Of a stretch of 64,000 nt of DNA, positions 25,576 to 38,549 are shown in pieces. Source of the DNA: Rhina ancylostomus (lineage: Eukaryota); assembly GCA_030265395.1 (NCBI GenBank), contig JARFYF010000058.1, forward strand, positions 14,313,333 to 14,377,332. The letters are read 5' to 3'. The position numbers and the translations under genes are program-made. Below the pieces are notes generated by a model. That model was not told the DNA's origin, made no database searches, and saw nothing but the letters and a program-made list of their open reading frames with translations. Each line of letters starts with the position of its first letter. Positions within the stretch are counted from its first letter, which is position 1.

Positions 25576-28500
25576 TGTTTGTTATGGGCATAAAAAAGCT
25601 GTCCTCTCCTTGCAGCTGAGATATTCTTTAGAAAAAAATCTGAAATACATGAATTAGGCAAGGAAGGAAATCAAACTATTTCTGAAGTAGGATTTGAGTG
25701 AAAAATGTACAACTTGTAAAACAAAATGCCAACCAAGTTACAACCTGGCCATTCCCCTTCCCAGATACATTTACACTAATGCACCAGTATATTACCGCAA
25801 GCAAAGTCCAACCATACATTGGTTAAAGTGCTCCATGCCTCCTTTGTGGAGTGGCAATTGTTTTTTTCAAACACAACAGAATGTAGCATAGAAGCTGTGT
25901 GAAGACTGGCTGAGAAAAAAGTCAAGAACATTGTTTATAGCTTCCTAACTAATAGGGAACACATGTAAAACACCCTTTTCATAACACAACCCTTGGTATA
26001 GTATGCTTTTATTGGTCCCAAAGGCAGCACTTTAGAGAGAGTCTACTTTCCATGGATACTGCCTTTGACCCCATGGCACTGTTATAGTTTAACTTCCGGA
26101 CACATATTTTCTTGTGTGTAGAATTTGATAGAATATCACCAATTCAATCAAAATAATGTACATTTATTTAGAACTAAATATTGGTATTTGGAAGGTATAG
26201 TGAGCATTCTCCCCATAGCCAAATGTACATAGTTTTGCCAAACTTACAGAAGACTAGGTTAGCTGATTAACACTTCTGTACGTTTCAAACAATTGTAAAA
26301 ATCAAAAATAATTAGTAAGGCAAAAAAGATCTTCTTGAATTAAAGGTTTCCACCTAATGATTCAAATGTCGTGTTCTTCAATGGCATTTTGCTGGACATT
26401 TCAGTGACATGCATCTCTTGTGCAGAAAGTTCATTTGAATCTTATGAACGAAATTGTTGTGAGAAGAAATTCCAGAAGTTTAAATGAGACCTGGCGTGCT
26501 CATGGGACTGGGTGGTTGAGTGGGCCAGACCATTCATCGCTGGGCATGTCCTTTCCATTCAGCTCAGAGGGATACAATGGCACATTCAGTGTAAGTGGGC
26601 TGACTGAAGTTAGTTTGAGCTGAGTCTGCCTTGATCTTGGGAGAAAGAAAAGGCTGCAGCACTTGGCATTGATTAACACTTTTTTCATTTAGNNNNNNNN
26701 NNNNNNNNNNNNNNNNNNNNNNNNNNNNNNNNNNNNNNNNNNNNNNNNNNNNNNNNNNNNNNNNNNNNNNNNNNNNNNNNNNNNNNNNNNNNNNNNNNNN
26801 NNNNNNNNNNNNNNNNNNNNNNNNNNNNNNNNNNNNNNNNNNNNNNNNNNNNNNNNNNNNNNNNNNNNNNNNNNNNNNNNNNNNNNNNNNNNNNNNNNNN
26901 NNNNNNNNNNNNNNNNNNNNNNNNNNNNNNNNNNNNNNNNNNNNNNNNNNNNNNNNNNNNNNNNNNNNNNNNNTTGGGTTTTGGAAGCAACTGTAGTTTG
27001 CTGAAACAAGCCAATGACTGAAATTGTCATTGGCTGCTCTTCCCATTTAGCACACTAAGTGCCCTAGAACGTGTGCTAGAATATCCAGGAACATATTCTT
27101 TGCTTTTGGTTGAGAATTGGAAGAAAATTTCATCACTGGGCATAATGAGTAATTTGACCACAAGGTGCACTGGATTTCAGAAGTGAATTCTTCCTCAAGG
27201 TTCTGCTCAAAGCAATTTTGGTGTAAGTTTTTCCCTCAGTTACCACATTCTGGCTATGTTTTAGAATTCAGCTTTTTTTAAGCTTTTGAACTGAGGTGTG
27301 CTTAGCTGAAGCACTTTTATTTTAGAGCTGAAAATGGAGTCATCACAAAAAATATATTACAATCTTAAATAACCAAAAAGACTTTAAAAATTATGTGGAA
27401 ACACCACTTTCATTGATACATGACATTCTATACTTTTAGAAATATATTGATTTGTTAAAAGTCTAAAGTGTGTTATTTGTGACCCTGCCCCTAAAATGTT
27501 TAATATTAAGAACTCCTTTGGAGGACTATAGATGACCTCAATTAATAGAAACTCCTGATTGTTAATTCATTTTGGGAATGTGGGCACTTTTGTCATCAGG
27601 AATAAATCAATGTAATGATTCTTTTAAACAGAACCAAAAGGTTGTGGAATCCCAGTTTGTGCTGTATACAATTTTTACTGGCGATTCCTCTATTTAGTGT
27701 GCTAGTTTTAGTTGAATCACCAGTAAGACCTCAGTGAAACTGTATTTGTTGTTCAGCTGAGGTAGAGCCTTACACAATATCAACACTGAACTTTGAAAGC
27801 TTGTCTAAAATTGGAAGAAAATGCTGCATTTGTGGTGTACAGTACTTAATGAGCATTGCTCTCCAAAACTTAGCACATGAGAACCCCAGCACTTCCAATC
27901 CAAGAAGGCAAGTTATATTGGTATGGTTATACATAAACAACCAAAACAAGGCAAATGTAAGGGTTGCCTAAAATGGGTCAGAAGAAACCTATTAGCTTAA
28001 AAAACAGGATCAGATCAGATCTACTTTGCAAGTAGTCAATGTGACTGCAAGACAATATTGTCATTGTTTCACCCATCTAACTTGTTGGACAGTTGATCAT
28101 TTTCAAATGGGTTTAAAGACGGCATTGGAGACGATAATTTGCACTTGGGATTTCCATTTGAAAGGCATTACTGCTATATGTGGGAGATTTTGGATAAACT
28201 GAAACTTTGGAATAACTAGTTGTATGTGGTAAATTTGATGAAGGCGATAATTCTAGAAGTTGTTAAGGTTCTCTATAAATCGTGGGATGCACTTCAAGAT
28301 TTGCAGACAAGACAGAAAAAATTGTGAAAAGTAATATTTTCTTTTATTAACTGTGGTAATCTGTAGAAATCAGTAGGCATACTCCTTTCTGTGGGTGGGG
28401 TGGAGTTAGGCAGGGGCGGGGAGCAGCTTAAACTAAATCAACACACTTAAAACTAAATCACATCTGTGGAATGTTTATCTAAGTAACTATTATTTTTTCC

Positions 28501-29769
28501 CTTTGGGCACTGCGGTCCCATTCCAGGAACCTGATTGGTTTGATTCATGGGGTCTACCGCAGCAACAGGTGAGTCAGAGATCTGGAATTGGATGGGCAGA
28601 GGGCAAGTCCTGGGAGTGGTTAAAAGGGAGATCAGAGATCATCGGAGCAGCTCAGGGAGAGGCCAGAGAGTCCAGGAACGGTCAGATGATCAGTCCCATA
28701 GCGATAGAGGCTTGATATTATTGAATCTGCATTTTCTGTAATATTGTTTTTAGGTAGCACCTCAGCAGCAACATTAAAATAAAGATGAAAAGAGTAAATT
28801 AATATGAGTCAATGCATCCTCCAGACATTTTGATCAATGTCTGTAATTAAATCTTGCTCAAGTTATGGAGTTTGGTAATCCTTTTCTATCTACTTTGTAA
28901 GAACTCTTAAAAACGCATACATCCATTGCCACAGCTACTTAATATTGTGCTGTCTAGCAATTCAATGTGTGGGTTCCATTATGAGTTCTTGTGATGTTAA
29001 ACAAATACCAGCGTAATAAGATTTAATGCTTTAATATAACACCTCTGTAATCCATTTAACTGAACAGGATTAATGCCTCCATTAAAGGAATATACTAGTT
29101 TGAATATGAGTGGAGGAGGTAGGGTTGTTGAAAAAAATTAATTATCTGACCATGCATCTCATTGCTGCTTGTGGGAGATTTTTGGCTGTTTTGCTTTCTG
29201 CATAAAACAGTGACAACAGTTCAAAAATATTTTTATTGGCAAAGTATTTTGTGAGGTTGCAAAAGGATCATGAAAGGTGTTATATAAATACAAGGGCTGC
29301 TTTTACTTTCTAACTAGGAACATGAACACCATGTCTCCTGTTCCAAGTACGGGCCATCGGTGGGTTAAGAACACCCATCTTAAGTACACCCACACATACA
29401 AACGAACTCCCACAAAATGATTAAATCCAACGTTCCGACGTTCATACATACGTTTGTTCATAAGAAACAACTGAACTAGTTTCCTCTCTCTTTCCACTTT
29501 TTGTAATTATTTTTTATATATGTCTTATTTACTTTTGATGCCATTCATCACAATACAGTGGAGGTACAGTTACCATATTGAGTAATTTTTATGTATTTTC
29601 TGACTTACAGACAAAATTTACTTCAGGACACCCAGAAATATAGAACCCATCTGTTATCTGGAGATGGCCTGTATTAGGGAATAGGGACCTCATGTGCCTT
29701 CAATGATGTAAGCCTTCATTCCAGTCTGGACCCTTTACTTTTCTTCCCTGGTCCTAGAGGCAACCATAT

Positions 29770-30030
29770 AAAAGAACATAAGACAATATCTGCAGGAGGA
29801 GGCAACTTGGTGCCTCAAACCTGCCCCCTTCCCCTCACATTCAACATCATCGTGGCTGATCTGCCCCAGGCCTCATTTCCTCATCTGTGACAGTTCCCCA
29901 TATCCCTCAATTCTATGACCTTTCAAAAATTTATTTTTACTCTTTAAATACCCCTAATGAATCACAACACTCCAGGGTAGAAAATTCCAGAGATTCACCA
30001 CTCCTTTGAGAAGAAGTTCTTACGCACCTC
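29770..30030 (-). mobile_element. CR1-type LINE 3' end fragment
   Basis: AAGAACATAAGA tail and GGGTAGAAAATTCCAGAGATTCACCAC. Confidence 0.65.
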
Positions 30031-30769
30031 AGGTTTCTGCTTGTTTAGGAATGATATTATGCTTCTTTTAAAATATATATCTCATATCTCAGGACGCGAT
30101 TATCCACAGCAATTCATCCAGTTTCTGGTTACTGTTATTTTTGATGTGCCTTGTGAATTTAATTGCTTGCTTTGTACATGTAAACTTTAATTGCCTGTCA
30201 CTGAATTTGAAACAAACAGTACATGTTTTTAGGGAATACACAAGTCTACATGTCCCAGAAATAGTTATAATTGTAGACTGGCTGTTCTACAGGTTAGAAA
30301 GTAATGCTTTCTCCTATGGGTTCTAGAATGATGAGAAACAAGTCAGTCAAGATTCTTTAGGGCAAGTCACCCAGCTCCTGGTTGGAGTAACTCCACATCA
30401 CTAAGTGGCTAGTTATCTGATGCTGGGCATACTAGGCAAGATTTTTTTCTTGGCCTTTGTGCAACAAAGTCATCAAGTTGAAATTTCCTCACGACTGTTC
30501 TTGGAAAATGGAGTTTCTTCATTGGAAGTGAGGTGGTATCTCCTTAAAATATGCAAATGATGTTTCTGTTCCACTTCAGGTACATCAGATTGGCAGTGAG
30601 AGATAAAAAGAGGAATATTCTGGGCATTAAGCTTTTTTTTTCAAAACATGATTATATTTTCACAACTCAAAAAATCTTTATGGGATCTTGGCATCAGGGC
30701 TAGGCCAGCATTTATTACCCATTCAAAATCAACTTGATAGTATGGTGCTTAAATTAGTGGATTGGCAGC

Positions 30770-31045
30770 CAGAGGTCTGGACTATTGATCCAGAGACATC
30801 ACTTCCAATCCCACCAAGCCAGTGGGACAACTTAAATTAAACTAAACTGGTCTCAGTTCTGGTAACCATGAAACTACTGGATTATTGTAAACACGAGTGT
30901 AGGGAAATCTGCTGATCTATTTGTGACTCCAGGCCTACTGATATGATTGAGTCTTAACTGCCTCTTCAATTAAGGGGCAATTAGGGATGTACAATAAATG
31001 CCAGCATTACTAGTGATGTCCACATCCTGTGAATGATTTTTTTGA
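30770..31045 (+). mobile_element. SINE-like family B
   Basis: AATCCCACCA...GGTAACCATGAAACTACTGGATT...GGGCAATTAGGGATG...CACATCCTGTGAATGA. Confidence 0.65.
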
Positions 31046-31084
31046 AAAAGCTGTGACCCAAGTGATTTGTTCAGTTAATTCAAA

Positions 31085-31345
31085 TAACAGTTAAGAGTCA
31101 ATTAACTCTTAATTGTGGGAGTAGGATCACACCTAGGTAAGGTTGGCAAGTTTCCTTCTCTGAAGTATATTTGCAAACCAGATAAGGTTTTTAAATGACA
31201 GGCCAATAGTTTCATGGTAACAATTATTTATACTAACTTCTTTAATTCCACATATATTTAATTTAAATTCTCCAACTGTCATGGTGGGATTCAACTACTA
31301 TTGTTTCTATATCAATTGCCTTGAAATTTGACCATTATGTTACCA
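31085..31345 (-). mobile_element. SINE-like family B (inverted relative to 30770-31045)
   Basis: TAGTTTCATGGTAAC and GGTGGGATTCAA are reverse complements of motifs in the adjacent copy. Confidence 0.6.
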
Positions 31346-31959
31346 CAGCATAGCCAGCCCCTAATGTTGCATTTATCCCATGCTATAATTAATCTGGGCA
31401 GACTTGCTTCTGATTTTGACTCCAAAAATTATTCCCTTTGTCCTCCAGTGTTAGTATCTCTCATCTTTGTAGGTGCTAATTTGACTACCACCAAATACCA
31501 ATAACTCATTACTTACATAACTTTATTAATTTAAATGCTTTGATACAAGAAAGACTTAATATTTATCTGTTTCCATTTATATCTAAAAGTCTTAAACATT
31601 GGAATAAAATTGTTATAATTTAAATTTTATTCTAAATGATCTGTCTGATATAATCAAAAGATAAATGGTTAGTTAGAATTGCAAAAGCCAAGGGTGATAC
31701 ATAAGTTTGGAAAATATTTATTCATCAAATATAAAACACTGGTAATCTTCACCTGAGGATGCACAATCACACACTGGCTGAATTTTGTCAAGAAGGCTTA
31801 CAAGTTAAATGGGTACAAAGTTTCAGATGGGATCTGTTTTCTTTCACATACTCTGGAATCTCAACAGAATTCCTAATCAGATTATAACAGGCAGGGAGCA
31901 ATAAGGGTGGGGGTCCAGGGCTTTAACACCAGGTTTGGAACAGGCTGCTGCCTACTGGG

Positions 31960-32635
31960 GAGATACAAGAGAGTGCAGATGCTGGAATCTGGAGCAACAA
32001 ACAAACTGCTGGAGGAGCTCAGCGGGTCGAGCAGCATCTATGGGAGGAAAAGAATTGTTGATGTGTTGGGTCAAAAACTTGCACCAGGACTGAGAGGTAA
32101 GAAGCAAGATGGCCAGTATAAAGATAAGGGGAGTGGTGAGAACGGAGTCTGAGGTGACTGGTGGACTGAGGAGGGGTGTAAGATGACAGGCAGGTAGTGC
32201 CAGGTAGGGGAGGGGAGCAGGGGTGGAGTTAGGAGACACTGGCAGGTGAATGATAGATGGAGGCAGACAAGAGTCTAGCATTGTGTTCCTGCTTATCTCC
32301 TTCCACCAGCTGTCTCCAAGCTTCACACTCCCCTCCTGCCACCTTACGCCATCTGCCTCTCCATGTACATACATTTCTTTTCTCTCTCTCTCTTTGTCTG
32401 CCTGTCTATCAATCATCTGCTCCCTGGCACCACCTGCCCATCATCTGTCACCCCTCCTCAGTCCACCAATCACCTCTGACTCCTTTCCCACCCCTCCCCT
32501 TCTCCTCCTTATGCTGGCCATCTCACCTCTCCATTCCAGGTCCTGAGGCAGGGTTTCAACCCAAAGCGCGATAATTCCTTTCCTCCCACAGATGCTGCTC
32601 AACCCGTTGGGTTCCTCCAGCAGATTGTTTGTTGC
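31960..32635. mobile_element. Large fold-back Penelope-like element with a 14-bp target-site duplication
   Basis: Inverted arms (about 31995-32215 vs 32420-32635), flanked by TGCTGCCTACTGGG at 31946-31959 and 32633-32646. Confidence 0.75.
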
Positions 32636-33415
32636 TGCCTACTGGGAGCTTGAAGGGGAAGATTTGAGCCCCAACTGGGTTGGATCTTTGGATGGAGTAA
32701 TGGTCTGATAAGGAGATTGAGTGATGTCTGGGTATCAGGTAAGTTTTTAGCTGTGGGGGGTAGAATACCTGTTCCTCCTGCTCCACAAGCAGGGATATAC
32801 CTCTTCTTTTTCCTGAAACTATCCTCTCCTCCCCTGAGTTGGCATGTCATCCAAAGCCTGAGACAGTAGCCAACAATCAATTTCAGCTGAACCTCAGAGA
32901 CTGCTATTTTAATGCTGAGATTAATCAATGTAAAATGGGTGGATTAACAATCATTCCAAATTACTTTACTGAGGCATCTCAGAGAATTTGTTAGTATTTG
33001 CAAGTTATTTTGATGCATAATTTCAATGGCCCAACATCTGATGAGAAATTTAAATATATTCCTGTGATTTGCAGGATTGGACTTGTGGATAAGTGAAAGA
33101 CCATGCATACTTAAATGCCTATTTACAATGTACTGTCTGAGACTGGGTCACAGCCAAACAGTTCCTGCCTGCTTGGAACATTATCGTGTGGAAAATTCAA
33201 CTGGTGCCTGGAAACGGAGGACAAATTCCCAATAGAGTAAAGGTACAGGGGAAGGCAGACTATGTTCTTTCCACATATTTATTCTCANNNNNNNNNNNNN
33301 NNNNNNNNNNNNNNNNNNNNNNNNNNNNNNNNNNNNNNNNNNNNNNNNNNNNNNNNNNNNNNNNNNNNNNNNNNNNNNNNNNNNNNNNNNNNNNNNNNNN
33401 NNNNNNNNNNNNNNN

Positions 33416-33590
33416 CACACAGAAAGTACCAGAGGTCAGGAGTAAATGCAGATCACTGGGGTTGTGAGGCAGGAGGATCACCTGCTGTGTCACTGTGTTA
33501 TCCTACCAACCAGCACGTCCTTGTGATGTGGGAGAAAACCCGAGACCTGGGGAAATCCCATGTGGTCACTAAGATTAGAAGGCAATTATC
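33416..33590 (-). mobile_element. V-SINE-like fragments
   Basis: GATGTGGGAGAAAACCCGAGACCTGGGGAAATCCCA resembles the antisense V-domain; a tRNA-like head GAGGTCAGGA...GTGAGGCAG precedes it. Confidence 0.5.
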
Positions 33591-33944
33591 TGAGAGGCAA
33601 TCATAAGCTTTATGCAAATTAGAGTTAGCCCTACATTGGGTTTATAATCAGTGAAGCGAGGGTCCTGATTCTAAATTTACACTGCCATTTTTGCAAAAAT
33701 GCAAAGGTAAAAATGCACCTATGAAACAAGGAACTCTTTGCTTTGTTCACAGCTTTGAAGCACAGTGGTCCTATAGCGATCATTTTCCAATTACACTGCA
33801 GATGGAATTTACTAATTCACAAGGAAGAAACAAATAATGCTCTGCTGCTTATGATCTGTTCTGCAAAACATCAAAGAGTGTTGAAATAAACTGGAATGGC
33901 AAAGGCTAAGAGTTTTAAAAAATGTATGCACCAATCTAAACAAA

Positions 33945-34290
33945 AAGATTTACATTAGTAGTTATTCACAGCCCTTCCAGGCTGTTTCGACGTGTTTTGT
34001 GGTCAACAAAGTACTTTTGAACTACAGTTAGCTTGCTGCAATATAAGAAATGTATCAGTCAATTTATGCACAGCAAACCCCCACAAACAGAAGTATAATA
34101 AATAATCTGTTTTAACGATGTTGACTGGGGGATAACCATCAACCAGGAATAAAGATAAATTCCCTGCCCTTCTTTGGTATAATATCTTGTCATCCATTAC
34201 ACCCAACTGTATGAAAACTTTTAACATCTGGTTTAATGAATCATGCCAAGGATGGCACCTCTATCTGTGCAGCATCTGTACTGCAAAAAG
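33945..34290 (-). mobile_element. DeuSINE-like element
   Basis: AAGTACTTTTGAA...CAATTTATGCACAGCAA...ATAATCTGTTTT...GGATGGCACCTC. Confidence 0.6.
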
Positions 34291-36849
34291 GATGAATACT
34301 GTGTGTCATATGTTTCATGACACAGTTACATGGCAATATATTGACACTGAGGTGATGGTTCTGGCAGTGGAAACTCCGGAACGGTAAGTTAATATTTCCA
34401 TTTCACTCACATTTAATCGACAAGGCTTCTTCAAGAAAACCCATTTACTTAGCACCAATTATTTTCTAGATCTGGGTAGCTGCAGTGTTCTTAATGTCTG
34501 TCTATGTGAGTTAGACTTAAACCGCCGAAACACATTTAACCCGTGGATCAAAACACCCTTAGATAGAGGAGCCTTTCAGAACCTCCTGTCTGGACTGAAC
34601 TTCAGCCTCAGAGGTAAAATAGCAGTGCTGTTTCTCGCCCACTCTGCCACATTGTACCCCCTGCTATGTGCAACCTTATTAATCAGATTAATTAGTCCAA
34701 AACAAAGACCTTGCTTTCTCCCACATTGCAATGAGCTACCCTTATTATACCACAGCTGAACAGGATATGTTACAATAACAGAGCTATAAGATTAGCTGCA
34801 AGACAGATCTAGTAATTAGATCACCTGGGAATCAATATTAACAGTTCAGGTTGGCTTTGGCGGTGTTGAAAATGTTTTCTACCACTCATTGAAATTTGAA
34901 TTGGAATTTTAATTTTGTCTTGTGTGTGCATTTGTCTGTTGCTCTTGGTGGATAACACGAGATGGGGTTAATGACATGTTAAAAAAAATCCTATGAATGC
35001 TGTACTTATATTTGTATTCTGGTAGAGATGGTGACGTTTCACAAGAACATCTCCAACATTTTGCTTCTGTATGAATTTTTCCTGAAACAATCGCTGGCTC
35101 AATATCGATTTGTATCCATTTACCCTTCCAATTTGTGCAGTAATTCCTTTTTGTGCAGTAAAGACATAACAGTAGAAATTTGTCTTTGTTGGCATGCAAT
35201 ATGATGGTGAATGCACACTGTACTCTGCTTCTGAAATTCTATTGGATTCAACAGAACAGGATTCCTGGAGTGGTGGACAACACACAAATGTAACCTGGAC
35301 ATATGTTTAGTGCAAGTGATTGGGGACGAATACCTCCCCTGTCATATGAATGACTATCAAATAGTTTAGCGAGTAAAGACCACGCTGTCATTACTGGAAG
35401 CTGATTTCTAATTTAGCCCCAAAGGCATTTAAATCAGAGGAGGATATTGCTATAATCTTGAATCTACTGCCCGAAAAGAGAGTGGAAGCAAATTCAATAA
35501 GAGCTTTCTAAGGGACTTTGGAAAAAGGACAGATGACAAAATCACTAAATGTACTCATCACTGAGGTGAATAGATTTTTGGACAATAATGGAGACAAGGG
35601 TAATGTGGAACAGGCTGTAAAGTGGAACTGAGGCCAATCAGATATTGAATGGTGGGTCATGTGTTAACTCCTACTCCTATTGCGCATGTTCTTCTGGTGG
35701 AACTATTCCCCAACGTCAGCAGGATTTTTCGGGTAGCTCTATCAAAGAGTTAAAAAAGGCACAATGGGTCAGATGGTCTCCTCACACAATGCAAGATCTG
35801 ATTATTTAATTTGCCTTATAAAGGCTTAAGGTATACAAACTTGACCTTTGGCTGTCAGTTAATTATACATTTTCCTTGGTTTGCCACCATGTTGGTAAGA
35901 GAGGTCATGAGATTGGAAAATAAAAAGATTAGACAATAGAGGGCTTCCCTTAAATTGGAATTGGGGCAGATAATTGAGGCAAAATGAATTTTACCCTGAA
36001 TCTAATTTATGCTCTGTGCAGCTTGAATATGCTCAATAAAATGACAAATAAGTTACAGCTTAATGCAATGCCATGGGGAGAGAATGTTATAAAGAACTAG
36101 CAGGGCACATTGGGATGAATGACCTCCATTGGCATGATGACCCTGAGTGGTTATAAATTGATTGTGCACTGTTCAATTCCTTTGTCTTTCATTTTAATGA
36201 TAAACACTTGTCTGGAAATTGGATTCATGAGCAGCCATTTCTCATACACAAATCATGTATCAACATGATTTAACAGGTTAGATCCTGTAAGCAGTTATTT
36301 CCAGGTGAAGTCGTGCCCATTGCCAAATTGGACTTGGCACTTCCAGGTGTTATTCATGCAGTTTCCAGCATCAGACATGCACAGTGTGACCAGAAAAAAA
36401 TATTGCACTACTTTGTTTCTCTTTCAGTGATTAAAGGAACACTGCTGACTTGGGGGGACTTGACCAGACAGCTTTAGAGAATCTCTCTGAATACATTCCA
36501 CAATCGTTAAAGACATTCCACAATGTGACCGACAGTGAACATTTTTGAGCATCTAGCTGCTGAGGTACCATTCAATTGAGCCTCAGTGGTGACACAGCTG
36601 TCCCTCACTGGAGGTGTGGTTATGGCCAAGACTATTTGCTCAAGGTGAATCAAGCACCTCAGGTCAGGAGGCAAAGACATGCCATCAATGAAGAGCTTAC
36701 TCCCATCACCCATAGTCACCATATCCGACCTGGATCTCAATGATGAACAAGTTAATCACAAGGTCAGGTTTTCCAAGGCTATCTTCACTGAGATACGTAA
36801 GTGTTGCAGGAAGGTCCGCCTGCCAGACTTCATGCCTGGATTGCCCCGA

Positions 36850-37360
36850 TACAGGTCAATGTCACATTGACCCTCAACTTCCTCAGTGCAGGGTCTTTCC
36901 AGTTGGCCATAGCATAGCTTTGCTGGCTCCCACAAGTACAGGTAGCCACTGTCTGCACTCTCATGTCCCTAAGGGCTCCTATTAATAACCTGCAGCTTTT
37001 CATCAACACAAAAGAGTTCCATTCCCTAAATGGTTCTGGATCATTGGAACAGTTTCCTTGTAGAGAATGTTGCATTATTTGGTAGCACACATGATATATT
37101 CAGCTCCAGGGAGACTGAACCACCAGACATTTTCTGTGGCTAACGCTACCTGGAGAGATTGATCCTGGGGGACAACAGTATCCCAAACTTCACTGTCTCC
37201 TGATATCTTTTTGCAGTCTGACCATACCTTCTTTGAGCACCACCACAATGAGAGTCATGCAAGCACCAGAATCGTTGGACGTGCCATTGATATTCTGAAA
37301 ATCAGATTCTGGTGCCCAGTTCCCAGTGGGCAGACAGAATTCATCACAGTGTGCATTGCG
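36850..37360 (+). pseudogene. Decayed PIF/Harbinger (HARBI1-like DDE) transposase
   Basis: Collinear remnants with frameshifts and deletions: VNVTLTLNFLSAGSFQ, LRAPINNLQLFINTKEFHSLN, LILGD and HNESHASTRIVGRAIDILKIRFWC. Confidence 0.75.
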
Positions 37361-38099
37361 CTCCCCAAGCCGGGCAGTGGGTGGGCAGCAGCACCTGCTG
37401 GAGAAAAGGTAGCCTCCAGACCCATTGTCAGAGTAGCACAAGGCACAGGCAGAGGAGATGCAAGAGACTGAAGAAGGCACCCAGAGGAAAACCCAGCAGA
37501 ACAGCAATAGCCTCATCTTCCAGTAGAGCACAGAGGAGGAACCACTTGCATGAACAATATGGGCCTCACAGACAGAGAAAGTTTTCATACAGGGCATGCA
37601 AAGTCATAGTCCCTAATGCAAAGAGTCCCATTCCTCACTCCAATCCTTGATACCAACATAGTACATCAATAATCAACTGAGAAGCCCAGGAGACATGCAA
37701 TCATTTCTTACTTTCTCCTTTGCAGATCCATCGTCACTGATCAAAGCACATTGATGGTTGAATCTCAGATCCATATGCTGATTGGCTCTCCACAACTATT
37801 TTCAGTGGTGTCTAGCTCACCCTGACAAACCTTGTAAGATCATAAGGTTTATTTTATTGATTGCTCAAGCAAGTGAGAATTCTCACACTTGGAGGAGACA
37901 ACTCCTGCTAGACCTTTCTTAGGTTTACCTGATAAGATAATTACTGACAAAGGTCTTCCGTCTGAAGCATTGATGGCCTGAGAGAAATGCTACCTGACCT
38001 GCTGAGTTTCCGGAGTCTTTCTGTCTTTAACTGCAAATTTCCAGTATCTGCAGTTTTTTTTCCCTTACTTAACTCATCGATAAGAATGTCCAAGTCTCT

Positions 38100-38545
38100 C
38101 TCAATATATCCACAGTTAGCAGCTAGGACAGCAAATGTATGTTGGTTTTCATTGGAAGGGAATTTGAGTAAAAGAGTAAAGACTTCTTACTTAAATTATA
38201 TATGGCCCTGGTGGGACCACATCTGGAATACTTTGTACAGGTCTGGTCTCCCTAACGAAGGAAGGATATACTTGCAATAAAGGGAATGCAAAAAAACCAT
38301 CAGTAAATCGATTCTTAGGATGGGGGTGGAAATGTTCTACAAAAAGAGATTAAGAAGACTGGGACTTTACTCCCTGCAGTTTAGAAGAGTGAGGGTGACC
38401 TCAATGAAATGTACAAAACTCATACAGGGTATGACAGGATAAACATAAGGACAATGTTTCCCTTAGCTGAATACCAAGAACCAGGGTTCAGAGTGGAATA
38501 AAAGGTTGGGCATTCTCAGATGAGTTGAGAAGGAATTCTGTCACT
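38100..38545 (+). mobile_element. CR1-type LINE fragment (5' part, interrupted)
   Basis: CCACATCTGGAATACTTTGTACAGGTCTGGTCTCC (PHLEY.VQ.WSP) and GAGGGTGACCTCAATGAAATGTACAAA; resumes near 39296. Confidence 0.75.
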
Positions 38546-38549
38546 TAGA

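Noticed and set aside
31907-32928. Cluster of 76-154 aa ORFs on both strands
   Set aside because: They derive from the purine/pyrimidine-skewed fold-back repeat; no protein family motifs.
34909-35302. Overlapping minus-strand ORFs with faint resemblance to a retroelement RT C-terminal motif
   Set aside because: Similarity too weak to assign without a search.
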